Of a stretch of DNA of 64,000 nt, positions 20,371 through 28,909 are shown one piece after another (positions within the stretch are counted from its first letter, which is position 1; every line of letters begins with the position of its first letter). Made by a program: the position numbers and the translations under genes. This stretch comes from Oscillospiraceae bacterium. Its GTDB lineage: Bacteria; Bacillota; Clostridia; Oscillospirales; JAGBHD01. The notes below the pieces were generated by a model. It searched no databases. It had not been told where the DNA came from and saw only the letters and a program-made list of their open reading frames with translations. Location: positions 2,054-66,053 of the forward strand of contig JAGBHD010000026.1 in the NCBI GenBank assembly GCA_018110785.1, given 5' to 3'.

Positions 20371-21023
20371 TATATAAGCTCCGCAATTTGCATTGGGTTT
20401 TCTGCGATAAAATCGGCGCCGTTTTCTATTAGCTCTTCTCTGTCCCTAAAGCCCCATAAAACACCGACGGTAAAAGTTCCTGCCGCCTTACCCGTTTTCA
20501 TATCGGTCGAGGTGTCGCCGATATAAAGGCATTCTTCGGGTGTTGCACCAAGCTTCTCTAAAATCTCAAAAAGGGCTGTCGGATCGGGCTTTCTCGGAAC
20601 GCCCTCTTTTTGCCCCGAAACTATAGAAAATCTTTCGTTCCCAAAAAACTTTTCGACAAGGGGCTTTACCGAGCTTTCGGGCTTATTTGAAAGCACCGCG
20701 ATTGATATCCCCTCTTCCGAAAGCCTATCCAAAAGAGGCTCTATCCCATTATAAACCGCAGTTAAATATTCGGGGTTTTTATTATAACTGCTGACATATT
20801 CATTTAAAATCTCGGCCTCTCTTTCAGCCGAAGCCGAAAATGCGCGATACTCTAAAATTCTATGTATCAGCTTCGCCGCGCCCTCGCCTACAAAATATTT
20901 GTATTTCTCGGTTTCAATAGGCTCTAACCCTAATGCTTCCAAGCTCTTATTGCAATAATACGCTATGGTAGTTAAGGTATTAAGTAAGGTCCCGTCAAGG
21001 TCAAAAACTGCGCATTTTATCAT
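20370..21023 (-). CDS. HAD-family hydrolase (phosphoglycolate-phosphatase-like)
   Basis: 217 aa. Motifs FDLDGTL and GDTSTDMKTG. Confidence 0.8.
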   Translation of the reverse strand: MIKCAVFDLDGTLLNTLTTIAYYCNKSLEALGLEPIETEKYKYFVGEGAAKLIHRILEYRAFSASAEREAEILNEYVSSYNKNPEYLTAVYNGIEPLLDRLSEEGISIAVLSNKPESSVKPLVEKFFGNERFSIVSGQKEGVPRKPDPTALFEILEKLGATPEECLYIGDTSTDMKTGKAAGTFTVGVLWGFRDREELIENGADFIAENPMQIAELI

Positions 21024-21472
21024 TTTTTATTTCTCCGTAAAGCTTTGAAAAATTCGGTAAGTATCGAGCCGCAATTCTCTTCCAAAACCCCCGAAATAAC
21101 CTTGGGTTTATGGTTATAGGGAAGCTCAAAAAGGTTTACAACCGAGCCGCAGGACCCTGCCTTTTTATCGCTCGCTCCGAAAACTACCCTTTCTATCCTC
21201 GAATTTATAATAGCCCCCGCGCACATCGGACAAGGCTCTAATGTAACATAAAGACTGCAGCCGATAAGCCGCCAGCCGCCGAGAAGTTTACAAGCCTTGT
21301 TTATAGCTAAAACCTCCGCATGCTGAAGAGCGTTTTTCTTTTTTTCTCTTAAATTATGCGCCCTCGCAATAATTTTGCCGTCGCGAACTATAACTGCGCC
21401 AACGGGAGTTTCTCCCTTTTTCGCCGCTTTTGCCGCTTCCTTTAAAGCCTCGCGCATAAAAATCTCGTCCAT
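21020..21472 (-). CDS. tadA: tRNA adenosine(34) deaminase
   Basis: 150 aa. Zinc motifs HAEVLAI and PCPMCAGA. Confidence 0.9.
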   Translation of the reverse strand: MDEIFMREALKEAAKAAKKGETPVGAVIVRDGKIIARAHNLREKKKNALQHAEVLAINKACKLLGGWRLIGCSLYVTLEPCPMCAGAIINSRIERVVFGASDKKAGSCGSVVNLFELPYNHKPKVISGVLEENCGSILTEFFKALRRNKK

Positions 21473-21473
21473 T

Positions 21474-22469
21474 TTACCCTCCGATTTCTATATATCCGAG
21501 AGCCATAACGCCGAATATTATAATCGTAACCCAAGCTACAGGGGAGCGGAAAAGTCTTCCGAACTTCTCAGCGGTCGTAAGTATTCCTGTATCCTTTTTT
21601 AAGGGCGGAACAGCCCCTCTTTTCGCCTTTATAATTTCGCTTGTAAGTCCTATAGCTCCAAGAACTAAGCTTAAAACTACAAAACAAACGCTTATATTAT
21701 AATAAATATCCTCTCCGAACAGCTCCAAACAAAGCGTCATTAAAACGCTTATGGTATTATTCAGCGCGTGGAATATAACCGAATAAATAATGCTTCCCGT
21801 TCGGCATACCATATAGCCATAGAAAATGCCGAGTACAAATGCAAAGGGCATCTGAACGAAATTACCGTGCATTAAAGCAAAAAGAAAAGCCGAAACTAAA
21901 ATCGCTAATTTATCTCCGTGTCGGCGAAGAGCGCCTAAAACAACTCCTCTGTAAAGCAGTTCCTCGAAAAGCCCCGCTCCGATAGTTATCTGAATAAAAT
22001 ATAAAAAGAATGATATTCCGCCCTCAGGCGCTGTAAAATCAGGCTGAGTAAAGGTTATTCCGAAATAGGAAGCGATAGCCGCGATATAATTTGAAACATA
22101 GTTTCCAAGGTATGAAACCCCGAAGCTTAAAGCAAGTGTCGGGAAAAATATTGAAGTTTTCGGCGGTGCGGCAGTCGGGAAATCTCCATTTTTTCGACAA
22201 AGAAGAAAAACTACTCCCGCAGGAATTAAAAGCGCAAGGATATATGCGATAAAATTAACTATCTCTATCGCAGTATCAGAGGTTATATTCGGAATAAAGA
22301 GGGTTAAAATATAATAAACAAAGCTTATAATATAGCTTACCGCCATCATAATTATCGGCGCTAAGGAAACCTTGTTATAGGCTGCCCCTAATTCCTTTTC
22401 TTCTTTTCTTCTCATTTCCCTTATCGAGAAATATTCGTTCGAATGAAACTGTTCCATATTTTCCTCCAA
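21474..22469 (-). CDS. CPBP (CAAX) family intramembrane glutamic endopeptidase
   Basis: 331 aa polytopic protein. Motifs EELLYRG, FALMH and HALNN. Confidence 0.8.
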   Translation of the reverse strand: MEENMEQFHSNEYFSIREMRRKEEKELGAAYNKVSLAPIIMMAVSYIISFVYYILTLFIPNITSDTAIEIVNFIAYILALLIPAGVVFLLCRKNGDFPTAAPPKTSIFFPTLALSFGVSYLGNYVSNYIAAIASYFGITFTQPDFTAPEGGISFFLYFIQITIGAGLFEELLYRGVVLGALRRHGDKLAILVSAFLFALMHGNFVQMPFAFVLGIFYGYMVCRTGSIIYSVIFHALNNTISVLMTLCLELFGEDIYYNISVCFVVLSLVLGAIGLTSEIIKAKRGAVPPLKKDTGILTTAEKFGRLFRSPVAWVTIIIFGVMALGYIEIGG

Positions 22470-22636
22470 TTAAGTTCGGTTTTATTGTACCACAAAACAC
22501 CAAAGTAAGCAAGGCTTCTCCTTTTAAATCCGCCTGTTACACGGTATTTTCCCCAAATTAATAAACTTCTGCGCCCCAATATTTTGTATCTTTGCTAAAA
22601 ATTTTAAAAAATTTATCTTAAAAAGAAAATATTTCA

Positions 22637-22664
22637 TTGACCTTTCCGCCTTTTGTGATATAAT
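22637..22664 (+). promoter_or_regulatory. Promoter of ptsH
   Basis: TTGACC (22637-22642), a 16-nt spacer, then an extended -10 TGaTATAAT ending at 22664. Confidence 0.65.
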
Positions 22665-22744
22665 AATATTGAGTTAGTTTTGATAACTTTAGTAAAGAAA
22701 CAATCAATCCTGTCTAAAAGGCGGCAGAATAAAGGAGATTTCTT

Positions 22745-23011
22745 ATGTTTGTTAAAGAAGTAACTGTTAAAAACCAAATCGGGCTCCACGCTCGCCCCGC
22801 AACATTTTTTATTCAGAAGGCAAACGAATTCAAAGCTTCTATCTGGATTGAGAAAGAGGATAGAAGAGTTAATGCAAAAAGTCTTCTCGGAGTTCTTTCT
22901 CTCGGCATCGTTGGAGATACCAAGATCAAAATCATTGCCGACGGAACAGACGAGGCGCTTGCTGTTGATTCTTTAGTCCGCTTGGTTGACAGCGGATTTG
23001 ACAACATCTGA
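22745..23011 (+). CDS. ptsH: Phosphocarrier protein HPr
   Basis: 88 aa. His-15 motif GLHARPA and Ser-46 motif NAKSLLGV. Confidence 0.92.
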   Translation: MFVKEVTVKNQIGLHARPATFFIQKANEFKASIWIEKEDRRVNAKSLLGVLSLGIVGDTKIKIIADGTDEALAVDSLVRLVDSGFDNI

Positions 23012-23025
23012 TTTTAGTGTTTTTT

Positions 23026-23058
23026 CGGCAACCCTTTTTAGGGTTGCCGTTTTATTTT
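23026..23058 (+). terminator. Terminator after ptsH
   Basis: CGGCAACCC-ttttta-GGGTTGCCG followed by TTTTATTTT. It ends 16 nt before the nfnA ATG. Confidence 0.8.
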
Positions 23059-23074
23059 CAGAAAGGATTTCCTT

Positions 23075-23917
23075 ATGTATAAGATTTTAGAGAAAAAACA
23101 GCTTAATGAAAATGTCTTTCTTATGGAAATAGCGGCTCCTCATGTAGCAAGAAAGGTGCTCCCCGGTCAGTTTATTATCTTCAGAGTAAATGAAAACGGA
23201 GAGAGGGTTCCTTTAACCGTTTCCGATTATAACCGCGAAAAAGGCTCTATAACGATTATATGTCAGGCTGTTGGAAAATCTACCAGACTTTTAGCCTCTT
23301 TGGAAAAAGGCGATAGCATTTTAGATATTGCAGGCCCCTTAGGTATGCCGACAGAGCTTGAAGGACATAAAAAAGTAGCAGTAATCGGCGGCGGTGTAGG
23401 CTGCGCTATTGCATATCCTCAGGCGAAAATGCTGTCTTTCATTGGCGCAAAGGTTGATATGATAGCAGGTTTCAGAAACCGCGATATCGTAATTTTAGAA
23501 GAAGAGATGCGCGCGGTTTCCGATAATTTATATATAACAACTGATGACGGCTCTTATGGCGAAAAAGGCTTTGTAACAACAAAGCTTTTGTCCCTTATCG
23601 AATCGGGCGAAAACTATGACTTGGTTATCGCCATAGGCCCCGTTCCTATGATGAGAGCGGTTGCAGAGGCAACAAGACCTTTCGGCATTAAAACAATAGT
23701 TTCCTTAAACCCTATTATGATAGACGGAACAGGTATGTGCGGCGGCTGCCGAGTAACCGTTGGCGGAGAGATAAAATTCGCCTGTGTTGACGGGCCCGAT
23801 TTTGATGGTCACAAGGTAGATTTTTCTGAGCTTATGAGCCGAAACGCTACATACCGCAATATCGAAAAAGAAAAGGACGAGCATTTTTGTAAAATCAGAG
23901 GTGATAAAAATGCCTAA
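23075..23917 (+). CDS. nfnA: NADH-dependent reduced ferredoxin:NADP oxidoreductase small subunit (NfnA / SudB-like)
   Basis: 280 aa. FAD/NAD-binding ferredoxin-reductase fold with C-terminal 2Fe-2S cysteines GMCGGCRV...FACVDGP. Confidence 0.85.
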   Translation: MYKILEKKQLNENVFLMEIAAPHVARKVLPGQFIIFRVNENGERVPLTVSDYNREKGSITIICQAVGKSTRLLASLEKGDSILDIAGPLGMPTELEGHKKVAVIGGGVGCAIAYPQAKMLSFIGAKVDMIAGFRNRDIVILEEEMRAVSDNLYITTDDGSYGEKGFVTTKLLSLIESGENYDLVIAIGPVPMMRAVAEATRPFGIKTIVSLNPIMIDGTGMCGGCRVTVGGEIKFACVDGPDFDGHKVDFSELMSRNATYRNIEKEKDEHFCKIRGDKNA

Positions 23918-25304
23918 TATGGACCCGAGAAAAACTCCCGCCGTAGAAAGAGATCCGAATATAAGAAATAAAGATTTTCTTGAGGTTTCTTTAGGATATA
24001 CAACCGCCGAAATGGCAATAAATGAAGCTAACCGCTGCTTGAACTGCAAAAATAAGCCCTGTGTTTCGGGTTGCCCCGTGGGTGTCAGAATTCCCGAATT
24101 TATAAAGGCGGTTTCTGAGGGAGAATTTCAAAAGGCTTATGAAATAATATCCTCAACTAATGCTCTCCCCGCAGTTTGCGGAAGAGTATGCCCTCAGGAA
24201 AGCCAATGCGAGAAATATTGCGTAAGAGGAATTAAGGGCGAAAGCGTTGGTATCGGCAGACTCGAGCGCTTCGTTGCCGATTGGGCAAGAGAAAACGGAC
24301 TTGATAAAAAGAAAAAGCCCTCTTCACTCGGCAAAAAGGTAGCCGTTATCGGAAGCGGCCCGTCGGGGCTAACCGTAGCGGCAGAGCTTTCCGAAAAGGG
24401 CTATAGCGTAACCGTTTTTGAAGCATTCCATACCGCAGGCGGCGTTTTGGTTTATGGTATCCCAGAATTCCGTCTTCCCAAAGCGATAGTTAAAAACGAG
24501 GTTGAAAAGCTAAAAGAGATGGGCGCCGAGATAAAAACCAATATGGTAATCGGCAAATGTATGTCTATTGATGAGCTTATAGAAGATGGCTTCGAAGCCG
24601 TATTTATCGGAACAGGCGCAGGTCTTCCCCGATTTATGGGAATCGAGGGCGAAGCCTTAGTAGGAGTTTATTCGGCTAACGAATATTTAACCCGTATAAA
24701 CCTATGCAAAGCATATTTAGAAGAAAGCGATACCCCGATTTTAAAAAGCAAGGCTGTCGCCGTAGTCGGCGGAGGAAATGTTGCGATGGACGCGGCAAGA
24801 TGCGCAAAGCGCATCGGCGCTGAAAAGGTTTACATAGTTTATCGCCGCGGCGAAAAGGAAATGCCCGCCCGTTTAGAAGAGGTGCACCATGCTAAAGAAG
24901 AGGGCATCGAATTTTTAATGTTAACTAACCCTGTCCGTCTCTTAGGCGATGAAAGCGGAAGAGTTCGCGCGATGGAATGCGTTAAAATGGAGCTCGGCGC
25001 GCCCGATGAAAGCGGCAGACAATCGGTTTCCGAAATAAAGGGCAGTAATTTCGAATTAGAGGTTGATACCGCTATAATGTCAATCGGTACAAGCCCTAAT
25101 CCCTTAATCCGAACAACAACCCCCGGACTTGAAACTAACCGCCGAGGCTGCTTTATTGTTAACGAAGAAACAATGAAAACAAGCCGCGATAAGGTTTATG
25201 CAGGCGGAGATACCGTAACAGGCGCCGCAACCGTTATTTTAGCTATGGGCGCAGGCAAAAAGGCCGCGAACGCTATCGACGAATATTTAAAAAATAACCA
25301 ATAA
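23901..25304 (+). CDS. nfnB: NfnB / NADPH-dependent glutamate-synthase-beta-like subunit
   Basis: 467 aa. N-terminal 4Fe-4S cysteines (CLNCKNKPC, CPQESQCEKYC) and two Rossmann motifs (VIGSGPSG, VVGGGNVAMD). Confidence 0.88.
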   Translation: MIKMPNMDPRKTPAVERDPNIRNKDFLEVSLGYTTAEMAINEANRCLNCKNKPCVSGCPVGVRIPEFIKAVSEGEFQKAYEIISSTNALPAVCGRVCPQESQCEKYCVRGIKGESVGIGRLERFVADWARENGLDKKKKPSSLGKKVAVIGSGPSGLTVAAELSEKGYSVTVFEAFHTAGGVLVYGIPEFRLPKAIVKNEVEKLKEMGAEIKTNMVIGKCMSIDELIEDGFEAVFIGTGAGLPRFMGIEGEALVGVYSANEYLTRINLCKAYLEESDTPILKSKAVAVVGGGNVAMDAARCAKRIGAEKVYIVYRRGEKEMPARLEEVHHAKEEGIEFLMLTNPVRLLGDESGRVRAMECVKMELGAPDESGRQSVSEIKGSNFELEVDTAIMSIGTSPNPLIRTTTPGLETNRRGCFIVNEETMKTSRDKVYAGGDTVTGAATVILAMGAGKKAANAIDEYLKNNQ

Positions 25305-25351
25305 AAGCTCTTGGCGGCTACCCTATTAAGGTAGCCGCCAAGCTTTGTTTT
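25305..25351. terminator. Bidirectional terminator (nfnB / thioesterase)
   Basis: A 13-bp hairpin, CTTGGCGGCTACC (25310-25322) paired with GGTAGCCGCCAAG (25330-25342). Confidence 0.85.
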
Positions 25352-26075
25352 AATACTCTATTTTAACAGTTGCCGCCGCTTTTCCGTCTTCCTTTAGCAT
25401 TATAAATTCGGCGCCGTCTTCTGTTTTTCTTTTGTAAATATCCAAGCTCTCGCCCTCGTAGCAAGGCGCTCTGAAATTAACCTCAAGTCCCTTTACCTCC
25501 ATTTTTTCCAAGGTTTTGGTAGAGAAAGCCCCAAAAAGCGCCCTTATATAAGCGGCATTGTTCATATGCTGAGCCAAATCTATGTCGGTCGAGCGAATAA
25601 AATAGCTGTCTATTTTTTCGCAGGTCGAAATATCTTCCGATATCTTCGAAAAAGAGCCTAAAGATAAATCGTCTTCAATATGGTCTAAGCCATCAGGGTA
25701 AATATCGGAAATTCTTGCAGGTCTTCCCGAATTTTTATCAATTATCGCCCATTCGGTCTTTCCTAAAACCAAATCTTCACTATCGCGCGATAGCTTATAA
25801 TATCTGTTGCAGCGAATTCTCCCCGGAGCCTCAGGCCATGTCGAAGCTGTAACAGTTTCAGGCATTTTCGGTCGTTTATTAATCGCAATCTTCGTCCTAA
25901 CAGTTATCCAAAACATATCCTTTTCGGCTAAAACCTCTGCGCCAAGTCCGATTTTCGGTGCATGCTCGCTCGCTAAATCCATAAAAAGCGAAATTATGCT
26001 CGGAACTGAAATATGAGCCGTATTATCGCAAAGGCTCGTTAAAATAGTTATCTCTTTATCCATTCTGCATTTCAT
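25350..26075 (-). CDS. Acyl-ACP thioesterase
   Basis: 241 aa. The two-hotdog-domain layout and length fit the acyl-ACP thioesterase family. This is a recollection-level match. Confidence 0.65.
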   Translation of the reverse strand: MKCRMDKEITILTSLCDNTAHISVPSIISLFMDLASEHAPKIGLGAEVLAEKDMFWITVRTKIAINKRPKMPETVTASTWPEAPGRIRCNRYYKLSRDSEDLVLGKTEWAIIDKNSGRPARISDIYPDGLDHIEDDLSLGSFSKISEDISTCEKIDSYFIRSTDIDLAQHMNNAAYIRALFGAFSTKTLEKMEVKGLEVNFRAPCYEGESLDIYKRKTEDGAEFIMLKEDGKAAATVKIEY

Positions 26076-26099
26076 ATTTCAAATCTTCCTTTCTCTTAG

Positions 26100-26128
26100 A
26101 TTATACTCCCCTTAAAAAAATCTTTCAA
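26100..26128 (-). promoter_or_regulatory. Promoter of the thioesterase gene
   Basis: Minus strand reads TTGAAA (26123-26128), a 17-nt spacer, then TATAAT (26100-26105). Confidence 0.6.
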
Positions 26129-26298
26129 GAAATTCCAATAAATTCACCTTTGTTTTATCTCCCTTTCACACAAACTTCACATCTTCGCGGTATTATAAAA
26201 TTGCCGAAAGGGTTCATGTCCCCTTTTTGGCTTAAATGCCCCCTTTTCCTTTTTAGAAACAAGCCCCCAAACGGTTTCGTTTGGGGGCTGTTTCAGCT

Positions 26299-28266
26299 TT
26301 ATATGAGCTTGTTTTCATAAAGACCTAAGGTGTATTCTTCTAAAGGTTTTTTCTCAGATAAATCATAGTATCCTATCTCAGCGCCGAAAATTTTATCCTC
26401 TTTTCCATTTGTGCAAAGCGGTCGGCTGTTAAGAAGCTCCGAATATTCTTCCGAGCATCGAATTTTAAACTCTATGCCTTTGCGGTCGCGCAAAACTCCG
26501 CCTCGATATCTGCAGCTGCCACAGTCGCGCGCCCCTCTTATCGGACAAGCGCGAAGAAGCATAAGCGGAGTATATTGATATAAAACAATACCTAAAGGAA
26601 TATTGCTCTTCATCGAGCGTATTCCCGCAAAGGAATTTTCCGTCGATAAAATAAGCTCTTTTATTCCCGCTTCTTCTAAAAGGCGAATACTCTCGCTGTT
26701 TAAAACATTAAGCCCCGCCGTTCCGATAATGTTAAAATCAAATTCCAAAAGAAGCCCTAAAGCGTTTAGATTATCAGCCGAGGCATATCTATAGCCTTTG
26801 GAATATGCCTCTTTCAGCTTCTCTCTTAAAATAATCCCCTTTTCGGGAGAAAAATAGCGCGGCATAGCTATAACGGTTTTTTCGGGCGGAAATAAATAAA
26901 TTTTAGATATGTCGGTAAAAATTTTGTCGAATTCTTCCGCCTGTTCAGTATTTTTCAAATAAGCATATCTTCTATTAGGACTTCCCTTATAGTTAGGAGC
27001 CGCAGAAAACTCATAATCATAAATTTCTATCGGAGAAAATTCTCCGCGAAGTCTTAAAAGCTCTTCCGCCGCTTCCCCTTTAAGCCTGTTTATCTCCGAA
27101 AGGCTTATATATAGCCCATCGGAAAGGGATATATCCGCCTTTTCCAAATAAAAAGGCGTTGAACCGAGCCTTGACAGCTTCTCTTCTATTATCTCTTTAT
27201 CTACCGCCCTTGTCTTCGCAGGAGATACCAAATCGGAAAAGCGGCTAACCTCTCTTTCGCCGTCGGAAAATGTTAGCTTAAATCCTTTTTCGGTAAATTC
27301 TACCGCTGCCCGAATCGGTATTCTCGCCCTCTCCGCCTTGTAAAATTCATGTATCCGAGGGAAAGCCTCTGCCTCTGAAATACCGCTTCCGTCTTCCCTT
27401 ATCCCGAAAAGACCGCTCTTTAGATTCCCATCAAAATAAGACGAGGTAAACCCATCTCGCGAGAAAACATTTTCTAAAAGCTCCTTGTCATAGTTTCCCT
27501 TATCTATAGCATCGCGAAGGCTTTTAACCGCCGCCGAAACATATTCGGGCCGCTTCATTCGCCCCTCTATTTTATATGATTCTATCCCGATTTCGGAAAG
27601 CTCACCTATCTTGTCATAAAGCGAATTATCCTTTAACGAAAGAGCATAGCTGTTGCCCGAAATATCCGATTTAAAGGGTAGTCGGCAGGGCGCGGCGCAA
27701 AGTCCTCTGTTTCCGCTTCTGCCCCCTAAATACGAGGAAAAAAGACATTGCCCCGAAACCGACATACATAAAGCCCCGTGAACAAAAACCTCAAGCTCGC
27801 ATTTAACGGCTTTTCTTATCTTTATAATCTCCTCTTTGGATAGCTCTCGCCCTAAAACAATCCTTTTAACACCAAGACCCTCTAAAAATTTTGCCGCTTC
27901 CTCCGATAAAACGGTGCATTGGGTAGAAGCGTGTATCGGAATAGAGGGAACGGTTTTAGAAAAATAGCGAATAAGCCCCAAATCGGCTACGATAAGAGCA
28001 TCAACCCCGGCTTTAGCTGCGGCTTCCGCTACCTTTCTTGCGATGCCGAATTCGTTGTCCTTTATAAGGGTATTCACCGCAAGATAAACCCGAACGCCTC
28101 TCTCGCGGCAGTATCGGCAGGCTGAAATTAATTCTTCGGGCGAAAAATTCTCAGCGTTTTTTCGGGCGCTTAAATCCCGTAGTCCCAAATAAACCGCATC
28201 TGCTCCGCTTCGAACAGCGGCTATAAGTGCCTCTTTGCTCCCTGCAGGAGCGAGTATCTCAGCCAT
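26299..28266 (-). CDS. U32-family protein (annotated peptidase; the family includes RNA hydroxylases)
   Basis: Starts with MAEILAPAGS, the typical U32 N-terminus. I prefer ATG 28266 (GAAAGGGGA RBS) to the track start at 28320. Confidence 0.8.
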   Translation of the reverse strand: MAEILAPAGSKEALIAAVRSGADAVYLGLRDLSARKNAENFSPEELISACRYCRERGVRVYLAVNTLIKDNEFGIARKVAEAAAKAGVDALIVADLGLIRYFSKTVPSIPIHASTQCTVLSEEAAKFLEGLGVKRIVLGRELSKEEIIKIRKAVKCELEVFVHGALCMSVSGQCLFSSYLGGRSGNRGLCAAPCRLPFKSDISGNSYALSLKDNSLYDKIGELSEIGIESYKIEGRMKRPEYVSAAVKSLRDAIDKGNYDKELLENVFSRDGFTSSYFDGNLKSGLFGIREDGSGISEAEAFPRIHEFYKAERARIPIRAAVEFTEKGFKLTFSDGEREVSRFSDLVSPAKTRAVDKEIIEEKLSRLGSTPFYLEKADISLSDGLYISLSEINRLKGEAAEELLRLRGEFSPIEIYDYEFSAAPNYKGSPNRRYAYLKNTEQAEEFDKIFTDISKIYLFPPEKTVIAMPRYFSPEKGIILREKLKEAYSKGYRYASADNLNALGLLLEFDFNIIGTAGLNVLNSESIRLLEEAGIKELILSTENSFAGIRSMKSNIPLGIVLYQYTPLMLLRACPIRGARDCGSCRYRGGVLRDRKGIEFKIRCSEEYSELLNSRPLCTNGKEDKIFGAEIGYYDLSEKKPLEEYTLGLYENKLI

Positions 28267-28340
28267 GCCTTTTCCCCTTTCTTTAGAAAATAGGGTTGCA
28301 TCAATTGATGCAACCCCCAAAAAATCTCAAAGTAAAAAAA

Positions 28341-28715
28341 TTAGTCTATGCTGTTGCGAAGATCGCGAAGTCCCAAGCGATTTTTAAGATCCTGAATTTC
28401 GCGCTCTTTATCTGCAAGCTCTTTTCTTAAATTATCAGCTTCCATATGAGCCTTGCCTGCCTCGTTAACATAATCTCTTATCTGCGCACGAAGATTATCG
28501 CTGCTCTGCTGCTGCTTCATAAGATCATCAGCAAAATCCATGCAAACTAAAGATAAAGCCGAAGCTAAATTAAGTGTCGGAGTATCGCGAAGTATGTCGT
28601 CAACCGCGCGGGTTATCCTCTTTGCCAAATCCGCAACATAAGCCTCGTCTTCCCTTGTTATAAGGGTATATGTCTTTCCGCAAATTTCAACCTTAACCTT
28701 GCCCGTAACGTTCAT
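28341..28715 (-). CDS. zapA: Cell division protein ZapA
   Basis: 124 aa. N-terminal beta domain (VEICGKTYTLITREDEAY) and a C-terminal coiled coil. Confidence 0.8.
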   Translation of the reverse strand: MNVTGKVKVEICGKTYTLITREDEAYVADLAKRITRAVDDILRDTPTLNLASALSLVCMDFADDLMKQQQSSDNLRAQIRDYVNEAGKAHMEADNLRKELADKEREIQDLKNRLGLRDLRNSID

Positions 28716-28849
28716 TCTAACTTCTCCCTCAGTCCCATTTTGGCATTATACCAATACTATTATTTATAGTATAACACCTTTTTTTACATTTTTCAACACC
28801 ATTATTTAATCTCTTTTTCTTCGCATGAAATCAAAACACTTCACCAAAA

Positions 28850-28893
28850 CACTAAATCACCATAGGCTATTTCTAATCTATGGTGATTTTTTA
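28850..28893 (-). terminator. Terminator of the GH25 gene
   Basis: AAATCACCATAG ... CTATGGTGATTT hairpin with T-rich sequence downstream on the minus strand. Confidence 0.7.
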
Positions 28894-28909
28894 TCGTATT
28901 ATTAAATTT

